The notes: generated by a model from the sequence alone, not told the origin. Counted from the first letter of the stretch, positions 33,306 to 42,434 are shown. The stretch: 42,845 bases of DNA from Bdellovibrionales bacterium (GCA_020434415.1 JAGRAW010000001.1:1-42845); one strand, 5' to 3'. A program made the numbers and translations.

Positions 33306-33833
33306 CTACTTGATTCGCCGCAAGTGCGCGCCGCGCTTTTTGTCATCAGCTTCTGCACCCTTCGGCTTTTCCGGTTCGGTGCTTGCTGTTGAAGCCGACG
33401 TCGGCGACGGCTTTTCCGCTGGTCGGGCCAGTGGTCGCACTTTACCGAGGAGCTTGCTTCCAATTTCAGAGAGTTTCGCGCGTGCAAGTTGGGTCATGAC
33501 TTCGCGCGGCACATGCTCCGGCCAGACCTGGCTGTTACCGTCTCCCGCTGTCATCCCCCAAACTGCATCCCAAGGAACTACGCAGCAGTAGTATTCTCCC
33601 CCGAATTTGAGGTACGCCGTCACTTTATCGTCGTCCTGCGTGACCTCCCCCTGAAAGCGGTAACTTAGCTTCAAAGTTAGAGCCGGGTTATCCTTGAGAT
33701 GCGCCGGTACCTCTACATCTGCGCGGCGTGCGTCGAGCTGGATGAGCACATGGTCGCCCGCCATCCACTCGTCGAAGCAGCGACGCTTCTTGCGCCGAAT
33801 GAGTTCATTTTCACTTGCCATCCCTTCCAGCAT
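33306..33833 (-). CDS. sspB: ClpXP adaptor SspB (stringent starvation protein B family)
   Basis: HVLIQLDARRADVEVPAHLKDNPALTLKLSYRFQGEV...YYCCVVPWDAVWGMT follows the SspB substrate-binding domain pattern. A long Pro/Ala/Ser/Glu linker follows, then a short basic C-terminal tail (GAHLRRIK) like the ClpX-binding LRVVK-type peptide. Confidence 0.7.
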   Translation of the reverse strand: MLEGMASENELIRRKKRRCFDEWMAGDHVLIQLDARRADVEVPAHLKDNPALTLKLSYRFQGEVTQDDDKVTAYLKFGGEYYCCVVPWDAVWGMTAGDGNSQVWPEHVPREVMTQLARAKLSEIGSKLLGKVRPLARPAEKPSPTSASTASTEPEKPKGAEADDKKRGAHLRRIK

Positions 33834-34001
33834 AGCAAGTGCTTATAATGATTGCATCAATCCTGCGGGAAGAAGCCACATTTCCGCCTTAAAGCCTCGC
33901 TGAACATCGGTCGATATAGAACTTGAGAGTTTCATTGAGTTTTTCCACACCGTCCGGCTCGTCATGCCCGAGTCCGACGGGTTTAGAGGCCGTAGTACCC
34001 C

Positions 34002-35669
34002 ATGCCTGGTCTGCTCAAGCAGCTGCAAAAGCAGAAGCCGGTCGAGCGCAAAAGCAAGCCGCAAGAGGTCGTCGTGCGCTCGGAGGCTCGGGTCTCTCAA
34101 AACGTGTTTGTTCTTGATCAAGTCGTCGAAGATGCTGCTGTCCGCAACGTAGTTGCTGCCGCCGAAGGTGTGCAGCATGAGGCTGAAGCGCTTCTTGCAG
34201 AGCTGGTCGCTGAAAGCGCGCGACCGTCTGCCGCACCGCAGAGCAAATCCAAACCTTCGCGCGTGGTCAAGCGAGTGGCCACGGCAATGCCAAGCGAGGA
34301 TAAACCGCTCCATGCGCTCGATGATGCGGCCCCGTGGTGGCTCAGCGAAGAGAAGGAGCCGAACCCTCAAGTCGAGATGCTGGTCGAGAAGGCGCGCGGC
34401 ATCCTGGAGCAGCTTCGTCTCAACGTTGAGGAGTCGAAGCAGCCCGAGGTGCTTGTGCACAAGGCTACGCAGGAAGCCGTCGCAACGCTTCGTGACGAAG
34501 TTCGCATCTCTCGCAGAGTGCAGGCTGAGGCTGAGAAGGAACTGCTGCTGCTACTTGTCGGTAAAGGTCCGCTCACCGCGCTCTATGAGGACATGGCGGT
34601 GACCGACATCTTCATCGATAGCCACAAGAGCATCAAAGTGCTTCGACGGGGGCACGCAATCGAAACGCCGTTTTCTTTCCGTAGCCCGGAGGAATACCGA
34701 CTCTTCATCGATGCGATGCTTTCTGCTGCCGACCGCTCGTTTGGACCGGCAAATCCCATCGTGGATTGCGTGCTGATGGATGAGTGGCGAAGCCGCATCA
34801 ACGCCATTGATGCTACTTTGCTCGAAGGACGTGAACCAAGACTGTGTATTCGAGTGCCGCGACTGCAGCGGATTTCGTTCTACGACATTCTCCAGACAAA
34901 GACGCTACCCGCTACACTCGCTGCTTGGCTGGCTGAAGTCGTGGCATTGGGGCAGGCCAATCTCTTGGTCCTCGGCCCGACGGGATCCGGGAAATCAGTG
35001 ATGACGACAGCCCTCCTAAGTGCAGTCAATTCCGACGAGCGTATCATTACGATCGAGGATGTGCCGGAGCTGTTCGTGCCGACCTCGCACTTGGAGAAGC
35101 TCGTTGCCCGACCGCCGAATGCCGACGGCGAGGGGGAGGTGACGATGCCGGACCTGCTGAGGGCGGCTCTTCGGCGCGCGCCACACCGCATCGTTGTCGG
35201 GGAGATTCGCGACGAGGAAGGTCGACTCTTTCTACGAGCGCTCGAAACCGGACATGCCGGCTCCATCGCGACCATTCACGCAGACAACGCTCGCGACGCG
35301 CTCTGGCGTTTGCTGGATCTGATCTCGTCGTACGAGGTCTCGCCCCATACCAGTATCATGCGGCGAATCGGTCGTTCCGTGCACCTCATCATCGGGATGA
35401 AGAAGGTCAAAGGCACGCCATGTCTTGTGGAGGTCTCGGAGGTGTTGATGCCGGAAGATGAAGAGTTTCAAGTTCGACCGTTGGTGACCTACGCAGGAGA
35501 GGTGAACGGCAAGCGTCGTTGGCACCTACATGGCGCCGCAGCCGAGGAGTCATACTGGGTTCGTAAGGTGGCGCAGCACGGACTACCGCTGGCGCCGGGT
35601 CCGGGATTGTCACTTGCTCCGGAACCTGACGAAGAGCATCATTCGCAAAAGGGTCCGAGAAGGGCGTAG
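34002..35669 (+). CDS. cpaF: CpaF/TadA-type secretion ATPase (type II/IV secretion NTPase family) with a long N-terminal extension
   Basis: Walker A LGPTGSGKSV. Asp box IITIEDVPEL. Walker B HRIVVGEIRDEE. His box TGHAGSIATIHA. The ~200-aa N-terminal region is charged and low-complexity. Confidence 0.85.
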   Translation: MPGLLKQLQKQKPVERKSKPQEVVVRSEARVSQNVFVLDQVVEDAAVRNVVAAAEGVQHEAEALLAELVAESARPSAAPQSKSKPSRVVKRVATAMPSEDKPLHALDDAAPWWLSEEKEPNPQVEMLVEKARGILEQLRLNVEESKQPEVLVHKATQEAVATLRDEVRISRRVQAEAEKELLLLLVGKGPLTALYEDMAVTDIFIDSHKSIKVLRRGHAIETPFSFRSPEEYRLFIDAMLSAADRSFGPANPIVDCVLMDEWRSRINAIDATLLEGREPRLCIRVPRLQRISFYDILQTKTLPATLAAWLAEVVALGQANLLVLGPTGSGKSVMTTALLSAVNSDERIITIEDVPELFVPTSHLEKLVARPPNADGEGEVTMPDLLRAALRRAPHRIVVGEIRDEEGRLFLRALETGHAGSIATIHADNARDALWRLLDLISSYEVSPHTSIMRRIGRSVHLIIGMKKVKGTPCLVEVSEVLMPEDEEFQVRPLVTYAGEVNGKRRWHLHGAAAEESYWVRKVAQHGLPLAPGPGLSLAPEPDEEHHSQKGPRRA

Positions 35670-35694
35670 CTGAGGGAAACCGGAGGCGGACAAG

Positions 35695-36078
35695 ATGAAC
35701 GCAAAAGTGCTGATAGTCGAAGATTCACCGTCGCAGGCAGCGATTATCGCCAACGTCGTCAAAGAAGCGGGCCACGAGCCGGCTGTGTACTCTCAGTTGC
35801 CGATGGGAATTCAGCAGATCCTGCTCAAGGAGAAGCCCGACCTGGTGCTCCTCGATCTTCGGCTTTTGGATCCCGAAGGGAACCCTATGGCCGACGGATT
35901 TCAGCTCTGTCGCGAGATAAAACGAGCTTCGAGCAATACGCCTGTCATTGTCATTTCGGCGGAAGGCGACGAAGACGCCTGTGAATGGGCAATTCTTCAG
36001 GGAGCCGATGCCTATTTGCAAAAGCCGTTTGTCGTTGAAGACCTTACGAAGATAATGAGTGATGTCCTGGGCAGTTAG
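35695..36078 (+). CDS. Single-domain response regulator (CheY-like receiver)
   Basis: GGAGG lies 9 nt upstream. VLIVEDSP is the acidic pocket. DLVLLDLRL holds the phospho-acceptor Asp. VIVISA is the Ser/Thr position. LQKPF holds the conserved Lys. Confidence 0.9.
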   Translation: MNAKVLIVEDSPSQAAIIANVVKEAGHEPAVYSQLPMGIQQILLKEKPDLVLLDLRLLDPEGNPMADGFQLCREIKRASSNTPVIVISAEGDEDACEWAILQGADAYLQKPFVVEDLTKIMSDVLGS

Positions 36079-36154
36079 CTCTAACTGTCTCCCTCCGCTG
36101 CACCGCTTCGGTAAGAAAAGCATCTTAATTTCGGCCACTTGACGGAAAGCCCGC

Positions 36155-37447
36155 GTGCCTGCGAGCCCGGGGATGCCCACTGCGGAGCCGATGAGAATTC
36201 TGGTAATCGATAACGATGAGCCGTTGAGAGCGACCTTATGCGGTCGTCTCGGCGAGGCTTATCGTCAGGCGGGACTCAAGCGCGTGCAGCTCGACGAGAG
36301 CAACTTCGCTCTGCTCGGTGCCGACGTCGCGAAAGGGCCGCCGGATGTAGTCATTTTGGGACCCGGTTGCTACGCCAATCTGGAAGAAGCGATCGCCAGG
36401 GTTCGTTCGATTTATCCGACGCCCGCACTCGGGGTGGTGCTGGCGAACGAAGTGTATGCCGCTGCGGCAGTCGAGCTTCGCCGTCAAATCAGCGCCCGCA
36501 TTATGCCGCTCGCCGATATCGCGCAGATGGCCCAGTTTATTCTTGATGCGGAGATGCAGCCGCGTGCGGATATTCCAGCCGGACAAAATTCGGTCATTGC
36601 GGTCTGCCAGTTGAAAGGGGGCGTAGGAGGAAGCACCGTCGCTGCCGCGCTTGCCGCGTGTTGGGCGCGGCATGGGTTGCGAGTCGTGCTTGTCGACCTC
36701 GATGACGTGAATCCTCAGCTTACCGAGTGGGGAGGACTTTCACGACCCGAGCGAAAGTTGACGGGAGAGCTACTGCGTTCAGGTGAAGTGCCCGACTATA
36801 GAATTGGTGAGCTTACCAAAGCCGTGTCCGATTACGGTGACCAGCTTCATCTCTGCGGACAGCCTGAGCTCTATGGCGAAGGCTTCCACTTCAAGGCAGA
36901 TGTGCTTCAAGGCGCACCGAGTGCGGCAGAGTTTATCGACGCCCTGCTCCCGGCGCTTGAAACAGCGTATGATGTGGTCGTACTAGATACCGGGAAATCG
37001 TGGGGCATCGGCACGTTTGCGGCCTTGCCCCATGCTCATCGTGTGCTACTAGTGACCGACAACGACCCGGCTTCCCTCGACAGAACCCTCGCCAACTTTC
37101 AACGGTTCTACCGGGAATCAGATGATTCGGCAGAGTTCGATGTGGGGAAGTGGAGCTTGGTCTTGAACTCGTTCCTCCACGGGCTCGTGACTCCGGAGGA
37201 TGCCGCAGCTCAGATCGCAGAACTCGACATTTTTCCCGAAAGCATGGACATCTTCCTCCTTCCGTTCTCGAACGAAGGACGGATCTGGCCCCAGACCAAC
37301 GTGTCGTTCTTCGACTGCGCCGAGCCTGAGGTACAAGAAGGCATTCGACAAATCGCATTCGCTCTTATTCCGTTTCGCTATCAGCCTGCCGAACCTGATT
37401 TGGTCGACAGGTTGCGTAAAGGACTACGTACCCTCGTGGGCGCGTAG
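36155..37447 (+). CDS. TadZ/CpaE-like protein: pseudo-receiver domain plus a ParA/MinD-like ATPase domain with a degenerate Walker A
   Basis: The N-terminus MRILVIDNDEPL...PPDVVILGPG is receiver-like, but the acceptor position is Gly. The central VIAVCQLKGGVGGSTVAAALA is a deviant Walker A, KGGxGGST instead of KGGxGK[ST]T. VVLVDLD is Walker A'-like. The start is ambiguous (GTG 36155, ATG 36173 or ATG 36191). Confidence 0.7.
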   Translation: MPASPGMPTAEPMRILVIDNDEPLRATLCGRLGEAYRQAGLKRVQLDESNFALLGADVAKGPPDVVILGPGCYANLEEAIARVRSIYPTPALGVVLANEVYAAAAVELRRQISARIMPLADIAQMAQFILDAEMQPRADIPAGQNSVIAVCQLKGGVGGSTVAAALAACWARHGLRVVLVDLDDVNPQLTEWGGLSRPERKLTGELLRSGEVPDYRIGELTKAVSDYGDQLHLCGQPELYGEGFHFKADVLQGAPSAAEFIDALLPALETAYDVVVLDTGKSWGIGTFAALPHAHRVLLVTDNDPASLDRTLANFQRFYRESDDSAEFDVGKWSLVLNSFLHGLVTPEDAAAQIAELDIFPESMDIFLLPFSNEGRIWPQTNVSFFDCAEPEVQEGIRQIAFALIPFRYQPAEPDLVDRLRKGLRTLVGA

Positions 37448-37476
37448 TCCAAGCGTGTGTGCGGTCAGGAGCTTTT

Positions 37477-38589
37477 CTATTGCACCTCTTCCATCTGCTG
37501 CACACTTGACCCGACAACCCGGACGATCTGCGGAGTTCGTTGAACAGCTCCTGCCGCGTCGAAGCGGACAAGTCCTGAAGCGCCCTCGAAAGCGAGCTGC
37601 GGGTAAGCCGTTTTGAGCACGCGCGGCTCAGTGGAGTTCGTCATCATGATCGCGTGGAAGTAGGAACGGGCAGCATCGAAAGCAGTGGCTGCAGCAACTC
37701 CGGGTTCCTCACCGTAGCGCTTTCTGAAGCGCTCACGAAATTCCGGCAATGCTTCCGCGTAGCGGACAGTTACAGCGCCCTCCAGAGCTCCGTCGGCCGC
37801 AAGTAGTCTTGTTTCATCGACGAGCGGTGCAATGAGCAGGCCGCGATATCCATTTGAACGAAGCTCACGAGCAGCGACGTCCATTTGCCCCAGGGAGCTG
37901 AGAAAAACTGCCTCAGGTCGTGTTGCCATGATTCGCAATATCTCTGTGCGGGGATCTCTGCTATCTGCGGGAGAGCGTTGGTGTGACATAATCGTGCCTC
38001 CTACTTCAGTAAACGCCTCCTCGAAGAAACGACCTTGTAGTGCCTCCCACGGTTGATCGCTTGCCAGTATCGCCGCTTGACGAATGCCTTGCGCGAACGC
38101 CCATGAAGCCAATGCTCTGGTCCCGACCTCATCGTGGGGCCAGGTATTGAAGAGGTTTTCTGCAGTTTCGTTGAAATCGGCGACGCCGAGCGACGGGGAG
38201 ATTAGCAGGACATCCTCGCGTGCTGCGATTGGTGCAAGGGAAAGTCCTGCCGGAGTCCATGAGGGGCCGATAATCAGCTTCGCTTGTGTGGCAGCGCGAA
38301 GGTGACGATATGCGGTCACGGCGGCCGCGCCGCTCGTTGCTTCCTTGGTGTCGGATACTGTGAGCGCGATCCGCCTACCGAGCAGACCGCCTGAATCGTT
38401 CTGCTCCTCGACAGCTAGTTGAATGCCTCTTAGCGCGCTTTCTCCCCATTCGGCGCAGTCGCCGCTCAGGCAAAGCAGTGCGTCTATTTTGATCTCCTGC
38501 GGAGATGCTGATCTGTTTCGGGTCAGGGAGAGTGAGCCGAGCAGTAGAATTGCAGCAACGACCAAGGTGAGTGTCAGATTTCGGGCCAT
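37477..38589 (-). CDS. ABC-transporter periplasmic substrate-binding protein (LivJ / branched-chain-amino-acid type, PBP1 fold)
   Basis: I chose ATG 38589, which has GGAGA 5 nt upstream. Signal-like MARNLTLTLVVAAILLLGSLSL. IDALLCLSGDCAEWGESALRGIQLAVEEQNDSGGLLGRRIAL follows the Peripla_BP_6 N-terminal pattern. Confidence 0.8.
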   Translation of the reverse strand: MARNLTLTLVVAAILLLGSLSLTRNRSASPQEIKIDALLCLSGDCAEWGESALRGIQLAVEEQNDSGGLLGRRIALTVSDTKEATSGAAAVTAYRHLRAATQAKLIIGPSWTPAGLSLAPIAAREDVLLISPSLGVADFNETAENLFNTWPHDEVGTRALASWAFAQGIRQAAILASDQPWEALQGRFFEEAFTEVGGTIMSHQRSPADSRDPRTEILRIMATRPEAVFLSSLGQMDVAARELRSNGYRGLLIAPLVDETRLLAADGALEGAVTVRYAEALPEFRERFRKRYGEEPGVAAATAFDAARSYFHAIMMTNSTEPRVLKTAYPQLAFEGASGLVRFDAAGAVQRTPQIVRVVGSSVQQMEEVQ

Positions 38590-38774
38590 AAGAGTCTCCT
38601 TCACGGCAAGCCGTGCCGCAAGGTCCACCCACGGGCCAAGCGGCGAATCGAATTGGTAAAGTGAAGAGCTCTTCGAACGACGGCGATGATAGGCGTATTA
38701 AATTGATGTGTCTATTGCTCGACGTCTGATCCGGGACGGTTCCTTGATTATGCTTCTGAAATAGTTGTATAAAT

Positions 38775-38799
38775 TGTTGACGACGGCTTGTCGTCAACA
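38775..38799. promoter_or_regulatory. Perfect 10-bp inverted repeat TGTTGACGAC-N5-GTCGTCAACA, a candidate operator directly upstream of the TrmB-family gene
   Basis: Read directly from the sequence. It ends 10 nt before the ATG at 38810. The left arm contains the -35-like TTGACG. Confidence 0.45.
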
Positions 38800-38809
38800 T
38801 GGGGTAAGG

Positions 38810-39571
38810 ATGCTTGAGCAACAGTTTCAAACGCTCGGATACACCAGCAGCGAGGCGCGGGTGTATCTCGTCCTCGCGGAAGTCGGTAAGAGCACGGCGC
38901 AACTGGTTGCCAAGCGGTTAGGCATTCCGCGGACAACGGCTTATTCGGTTCTCGATAGTCTTGTTGCGAAGGGTCTCGCGCGCCTCGAGCGGAAGCAGAA
39001 GACGACATTCTATGCAGCGAACCGTCCCGAGGTGTTGCTGCGTACGCTTGAAGCGGCTGAACAACGTCTCAAGAGCCAAGGTGAAATCGCGCGCAGCATT
39101 GTCCAAGCTGTAAATCCCCTGTTCGGAAGTAAGCACCTCAACATTCCCCGATTGCAGTTCTTTGAGGGCCGGGAAGGAGTCGAGCAGATGCTGCATCAGA
39201 ACTACGCTTTGTGGGAGCAAGCGCTAGAGGCAGCAGACAACATCTGGTGGGGGTATCAAGATCATACGTTTGTAGAGAAGTATCGAAAGTGGTTGGAACA
39301 CTCCTGGCAGGTTCGGAGCGCCGAGCAGAGGATTCAACTGATCTCCAACCATGTCGAAATCGAGCAGCAGCTCGCGGGAAGGATTAGTCGACGCGAGATA
39401 CGCGCTGTCGGCCCCGAATACGACTTTTCCAGCACGGTGTGGGTCTGTGGTGAGTATCTGATCTTGATAATGACTCGTGCAGAACCGCACTACGCTTACC
39501 AGCTACGCGACCCTGTTTTAGCGGCCAATCAACGTTTGGTCTTTGAACTCCTTTGGAATTCGCTTGAGTAG
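38810..39571 (+). CDS. TrmB-family transcriptional regulator
   Basis: LGYTSSEARVYLVLAEVGKSTAQLVAKRLGIPRTTAYSVLDSLVAKGLA is the TrmB-type winged HTH. A C-terminal effector-like domain follows. I chose ATG 38810 over the upstream TTG at 38765. Confidence 0.8.
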   Translation: MLEQQFQTLGYTSSEARVYLVLAEVGKSTAQLVAKRLGIPRTTAYSVLDSLVAKGLARLERKQKTTFYAANRPEVLLRTLEAAEQRLKSQGEIARSIVQAVNPLFGSKHLNIPRLQFFEGREGVEQMLHQNYALWEQALEAADNIWWGYQDHTFVEKYRKWLEHSWQVRSAEQRIQLISNHVEIEQQLAGRISRREIRAVGPEYDFSSTVWVCGEYLILIMTRAEPHYAYQLRDPVLAANQRLVFELLWNSLE

Positions 39572-39788
39572 GTCCTCCCCCTACGTGGAGCCAGGCCATC
39601 TTTTCGTAAACTCTCGGCGTTGGCCTCGAAACCCTTTCGCATTTCGGCGCACGTGCTTCCGCTTGCTTCAATCCAGCACCGCTTTGAGCCGCGCCCCAAT
39701 CTTAAGGAGTGAGAATTATCCACCCAAAGGTAACGACGGCTGTTTATTGAGCGCCGTCACCTTATGCGCCAAAGGAGCGCGGGCATGT

Positions 39789-41684
39789 ATGGTACTGTTT
39801 GCTTGGAACCGAACTCCCCGTTCGACCGCCGTCATAACAAGCGCCTCGAATCTTTGCTTAGCGTTGCTGCTTAGCTGCTTGTCGCCTGCCTGGGCTTACG
39901 GTCTTGGAGAGGATTATGACGGAGACGGAAGGGACGACCTCGCATTGTACGAGCCTGCCGTAGGAACATACTCGATCCGGTATAGTTCAACATTGGAAGC
40001 GGTCAAGTACCTTGATGTTCCACTCGGACGCGTCGCTGCTCCTCTGGACCGCAACGGTGATGGCAAAACCGATCCCGCGCTCTTTTCCCGAACTACCGGC
40101 GAATGGTGGTTCATTGTCAACGGTAGCCCCTCGACGGAATTGTTCGGAGTCGTAGGCGATATTCCTGTTCCGGGGAAGTGGTCGGGTAACGAATGCCAGG
40201 ACCTCGCCGTTTTTACTCCGCGAAATAATCGCTTCCGCTATCGAAACTGTGTAACGAATGCCGAGGAACTGATCGAGCTGGGGCCGTATGCGAATCCGGC
40301 GCTCCCGGCTCCTGCTGACTACGACGGCGATGGACGTTTCGACGCCGCGACCTGGGAGCCTAACGAGGCTTGGTGGCTTATACGTTACTCCAGCGGCAAA
40401 CCGTCAGTTCGCTTTCAGTTTGGAGAGTTGGGAGACGTGCCCCTTCCCGCAGACTTTGACGGCGACGGTTCCGCTGAGCCGGCCATCTATCGCACGGTCG
40501 CTCAGATCGGCTCGGAGGCTTTCGAGGCGCGGGTAGTCGTCTATCGGGAGAGTGGCGCCCCAAGCACGTTCGTATGGGGAAAAGAGGATCTCAAGCTGCA
40601 GCTAGCCGATGTCAGCGGCGACAAGAAGCCTGATTTTCTGGCGCATCCGAGCATCGGAAACATCTTTCATATCCGCACATCTGATGCGGGCGATCTCATG
40701 TCGGTGGACTTCCCCTTCAATGAACACTATGGGTTCGCAGCGTATCCTCAGAACTTCTACCAGCAGAGAACTCGCTCTGGAGATCCTATCGGGCAAGGAC
40801 AAGCGCAGCTTATCTTTGCCGAAGTTCGGGAGGCATCCTTAGCTTGGTATCTGTTCGGACCATCGGGCGGAGGAAGTTGGGTTGACTTTGGACTTAGGGG
40901 TGACACGCCGCTTCTCGGAGATTTTGCCGGCTACCGGAGACAGCTTCCGACGGTTGTCCGAGATAATAACGGATTCCTTGACTGGTATGTTCGTCGGGAT
41001 GCCGAATCGAGTCCAGAGTTCTTGAGGGCATTCGGTCTTGCAGGAGACAAGCCGTTTGCAGGCGATCTCGACTGTGACGGCCAAGACGATGCCATAGTTC
41101 TCCGCCCTGTTGATGGGCAACTAGCGTGGTTCTGGCGGACGTCGGGACTCTCCTACGCCGACCACAATTTTCATGCGAACTGGGGTCTTGTCGGCGATGC
41201 GCCCTTTATCGCCGATCTGAACGGCGACGGCTGCGACGAGCTGGTCGCGGCTCGCCCGTTTGCGGGAGCAATGCGCTGGTTTAGCTTCGCCCCTCAGTTA
41301 GGTGTCGAGCGTAGCGTCGACTTCGGACTAGCCGGGGATACTGCTTTTCAGCCTGTCGATTTCGATGGGGATGGAGAAGACGACCCCGTCGTCGTTCGTC
41401 CTCCGACGGAAAGGACGAACGGCCAGTTTCGGGAAGTTATCGTGCAGACCGGCCGCCGACTACCGGGGGAGAGCGCTCTCGAACTCGATTTCCCAGCGGA
41501 GGGCGCTATCGTCGCGGGGCATTTTAGCGGGACTCGTTTTGTGGAGTTCGGAGTAATCGTTCCCGAGAACAAAGGTCCCTCCTTCTATCTTAACTCAAAT
41601 GGCGACACGAAAGCATTTCTCTTGCCATTCGATGCTAATCCGAGTTTAAACGCGCTCATTGCACCCACTTCCTTGCGGCGATAG
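39789..41684 (+). CDS. Secreted FG-GAP / VCBS-repeat (integrin-alpha-like beta-propeller) protein
   Basis: Signal-like MVLFAWNRTPRSTAVITSASNLCLALLLSCLSPAWA. Calcium-loop repeats recur: DYDGDGRDDLALYEP, DRNGDGKTDPALF, DYDGDGRFDAATWEP, DFDGDGSAEPAIY, DLDCDGQDDAIVLRP, DLNGDGCDELVAARP, DFDGDGEDDPVVVRP. I chose ATG 39789. The track ORF starts at 39543. Confidence 0.8.
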   Translation: MVLFAWNRTPRSTAVITSASNLCLALLLSCLSPAWAYGLGEDYDGDGRDDLALYEPAVGTYSIRYSSTLEAVKYLDVPLGRVAAPLDRNGDGKTDPALFSRTTGEWWFIVNGSPSTELFGVVGDIPVPGKWSGNECQDLAVFTPRNNRFRYRNCVTNAEELIELGPYANPALPAPADYDGDGRFDAATWEPNEAWWLIRYSSGKPSVRFQFGELGDVPLPADFDGDGSAEPAIYRTVAQIGSEAFEARVVVYRESGAPSTFVWGKEDLKLQLADVSGDKKPDFLAHPSIGNIFHIRTSDAGDLMSVDFPFNEHYGFAAYPQNFYQQRTRSGDPIGQGQAQLIFAEVREASLAWYLFGPSGGGSWVDFGLRGDTPLLGDFAGYRRQLPTVVRDNNGFLDWYVRRDAESSPEFLRAFGLAGDKPFAGDLDCDGQDDAIVLRPVDGQLAWFWRTSGLSYADHNFHANWGLVGDAPFIADLNGDGCDELVAARPFAGAMRWFSFAPQLGVERSVDFGLAGDTAFQPVDFDGDGEDDPVVVRPPTERTNGQFREVIVQTGRRLPGESALELDFPAEGAIVAGHFSGTRFVEFGVIVPENKGPSFYLNSNGDTKAFLLPFDANPSLNALIAPTSLRR

Positions 41685-42194
41685 CGCGGACACGGAGGGT
41701 GTCGTTGATAGAAAGCGCCGAGCAGGTCGGCGCCTACTCCGAACGCTTCGTCGCCTTCTATTTGGAGAATCGATATCGCTGAAAAGGTTGTTCGGAGGCT
41801 TGTTACTTATCAAAAAGAAAATGGGACTTTTTGCTTAGTAATGCCGGTAGGTTAAGGATGCGCTTGACGTGCATGGGATGATGTTAGCAAAAACGCTACT
41901 TTATAAATAGGCCTAAATCCAAAATAGCGTTTTATGTTTCCTGTGGCTGCCAAATTTCGAAGACGAAGAGAGGGCAGTTTATTGACGCCCCCTTCGCCGC
42001 CGGAGAAAAGCAGGCCGACTAAATAAAGCGAACGGACATCTCGAGTATGATGGCGTTGCCGGACACATCAACTTTAGAAATGGCCCGTTTGTCCAGGATG
42101 CATCTCCTAGCCTGATGATGATGCGAGATGGTGAGTATCATCAGGTGTCTCGGCCATAAAGGCTGGGTCTCGGGACGTCCGTCCACGACCGCTT

Positions 42195-42222
42195 TTGAGT
42201 CCTTTCGACGACGTGCTATACT
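42195..42222 (+). promoter_or_regulatory. Sigma-70-like promoter candidate TTGAGT-N16-TATACT
   Basis: Read directly from the sequence in the AT-rich spacer, about 210 nt upstream of the ATG at 42435. Neither hexamer is perfect. Confidence 0.25.
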
Positions 42223-42434
42223 CCGTCGTGCCTTTCCTGCCTAATGTTCTCTATCAATAGATATTTCAGCCCAACGTATCGCTCGCGCCTATCGGGCGGA
42301 GTGTGGTCGCGAGACTATCAGCGACGATTAGAATTATTCAGTCTCCACGCGAAGCGGTCGCACTTAAGAGCGCAAGCGCTTCGTCGGGTGGCGACGATTT
42401 GGAAATTTAAAAGGTTTTTAGAGGAGACTGGGAG

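Noticed and set aside
41715-41733. Hairpin GCGCCGA-N5-TCGGCGC after the FG-GAP gene as an intrinsic terminator
   Set aside because: It has a 7-bp GC stem but no downstream T-run. It may still pause or terminate transcription, but the evidence is too weak to list as a feature.
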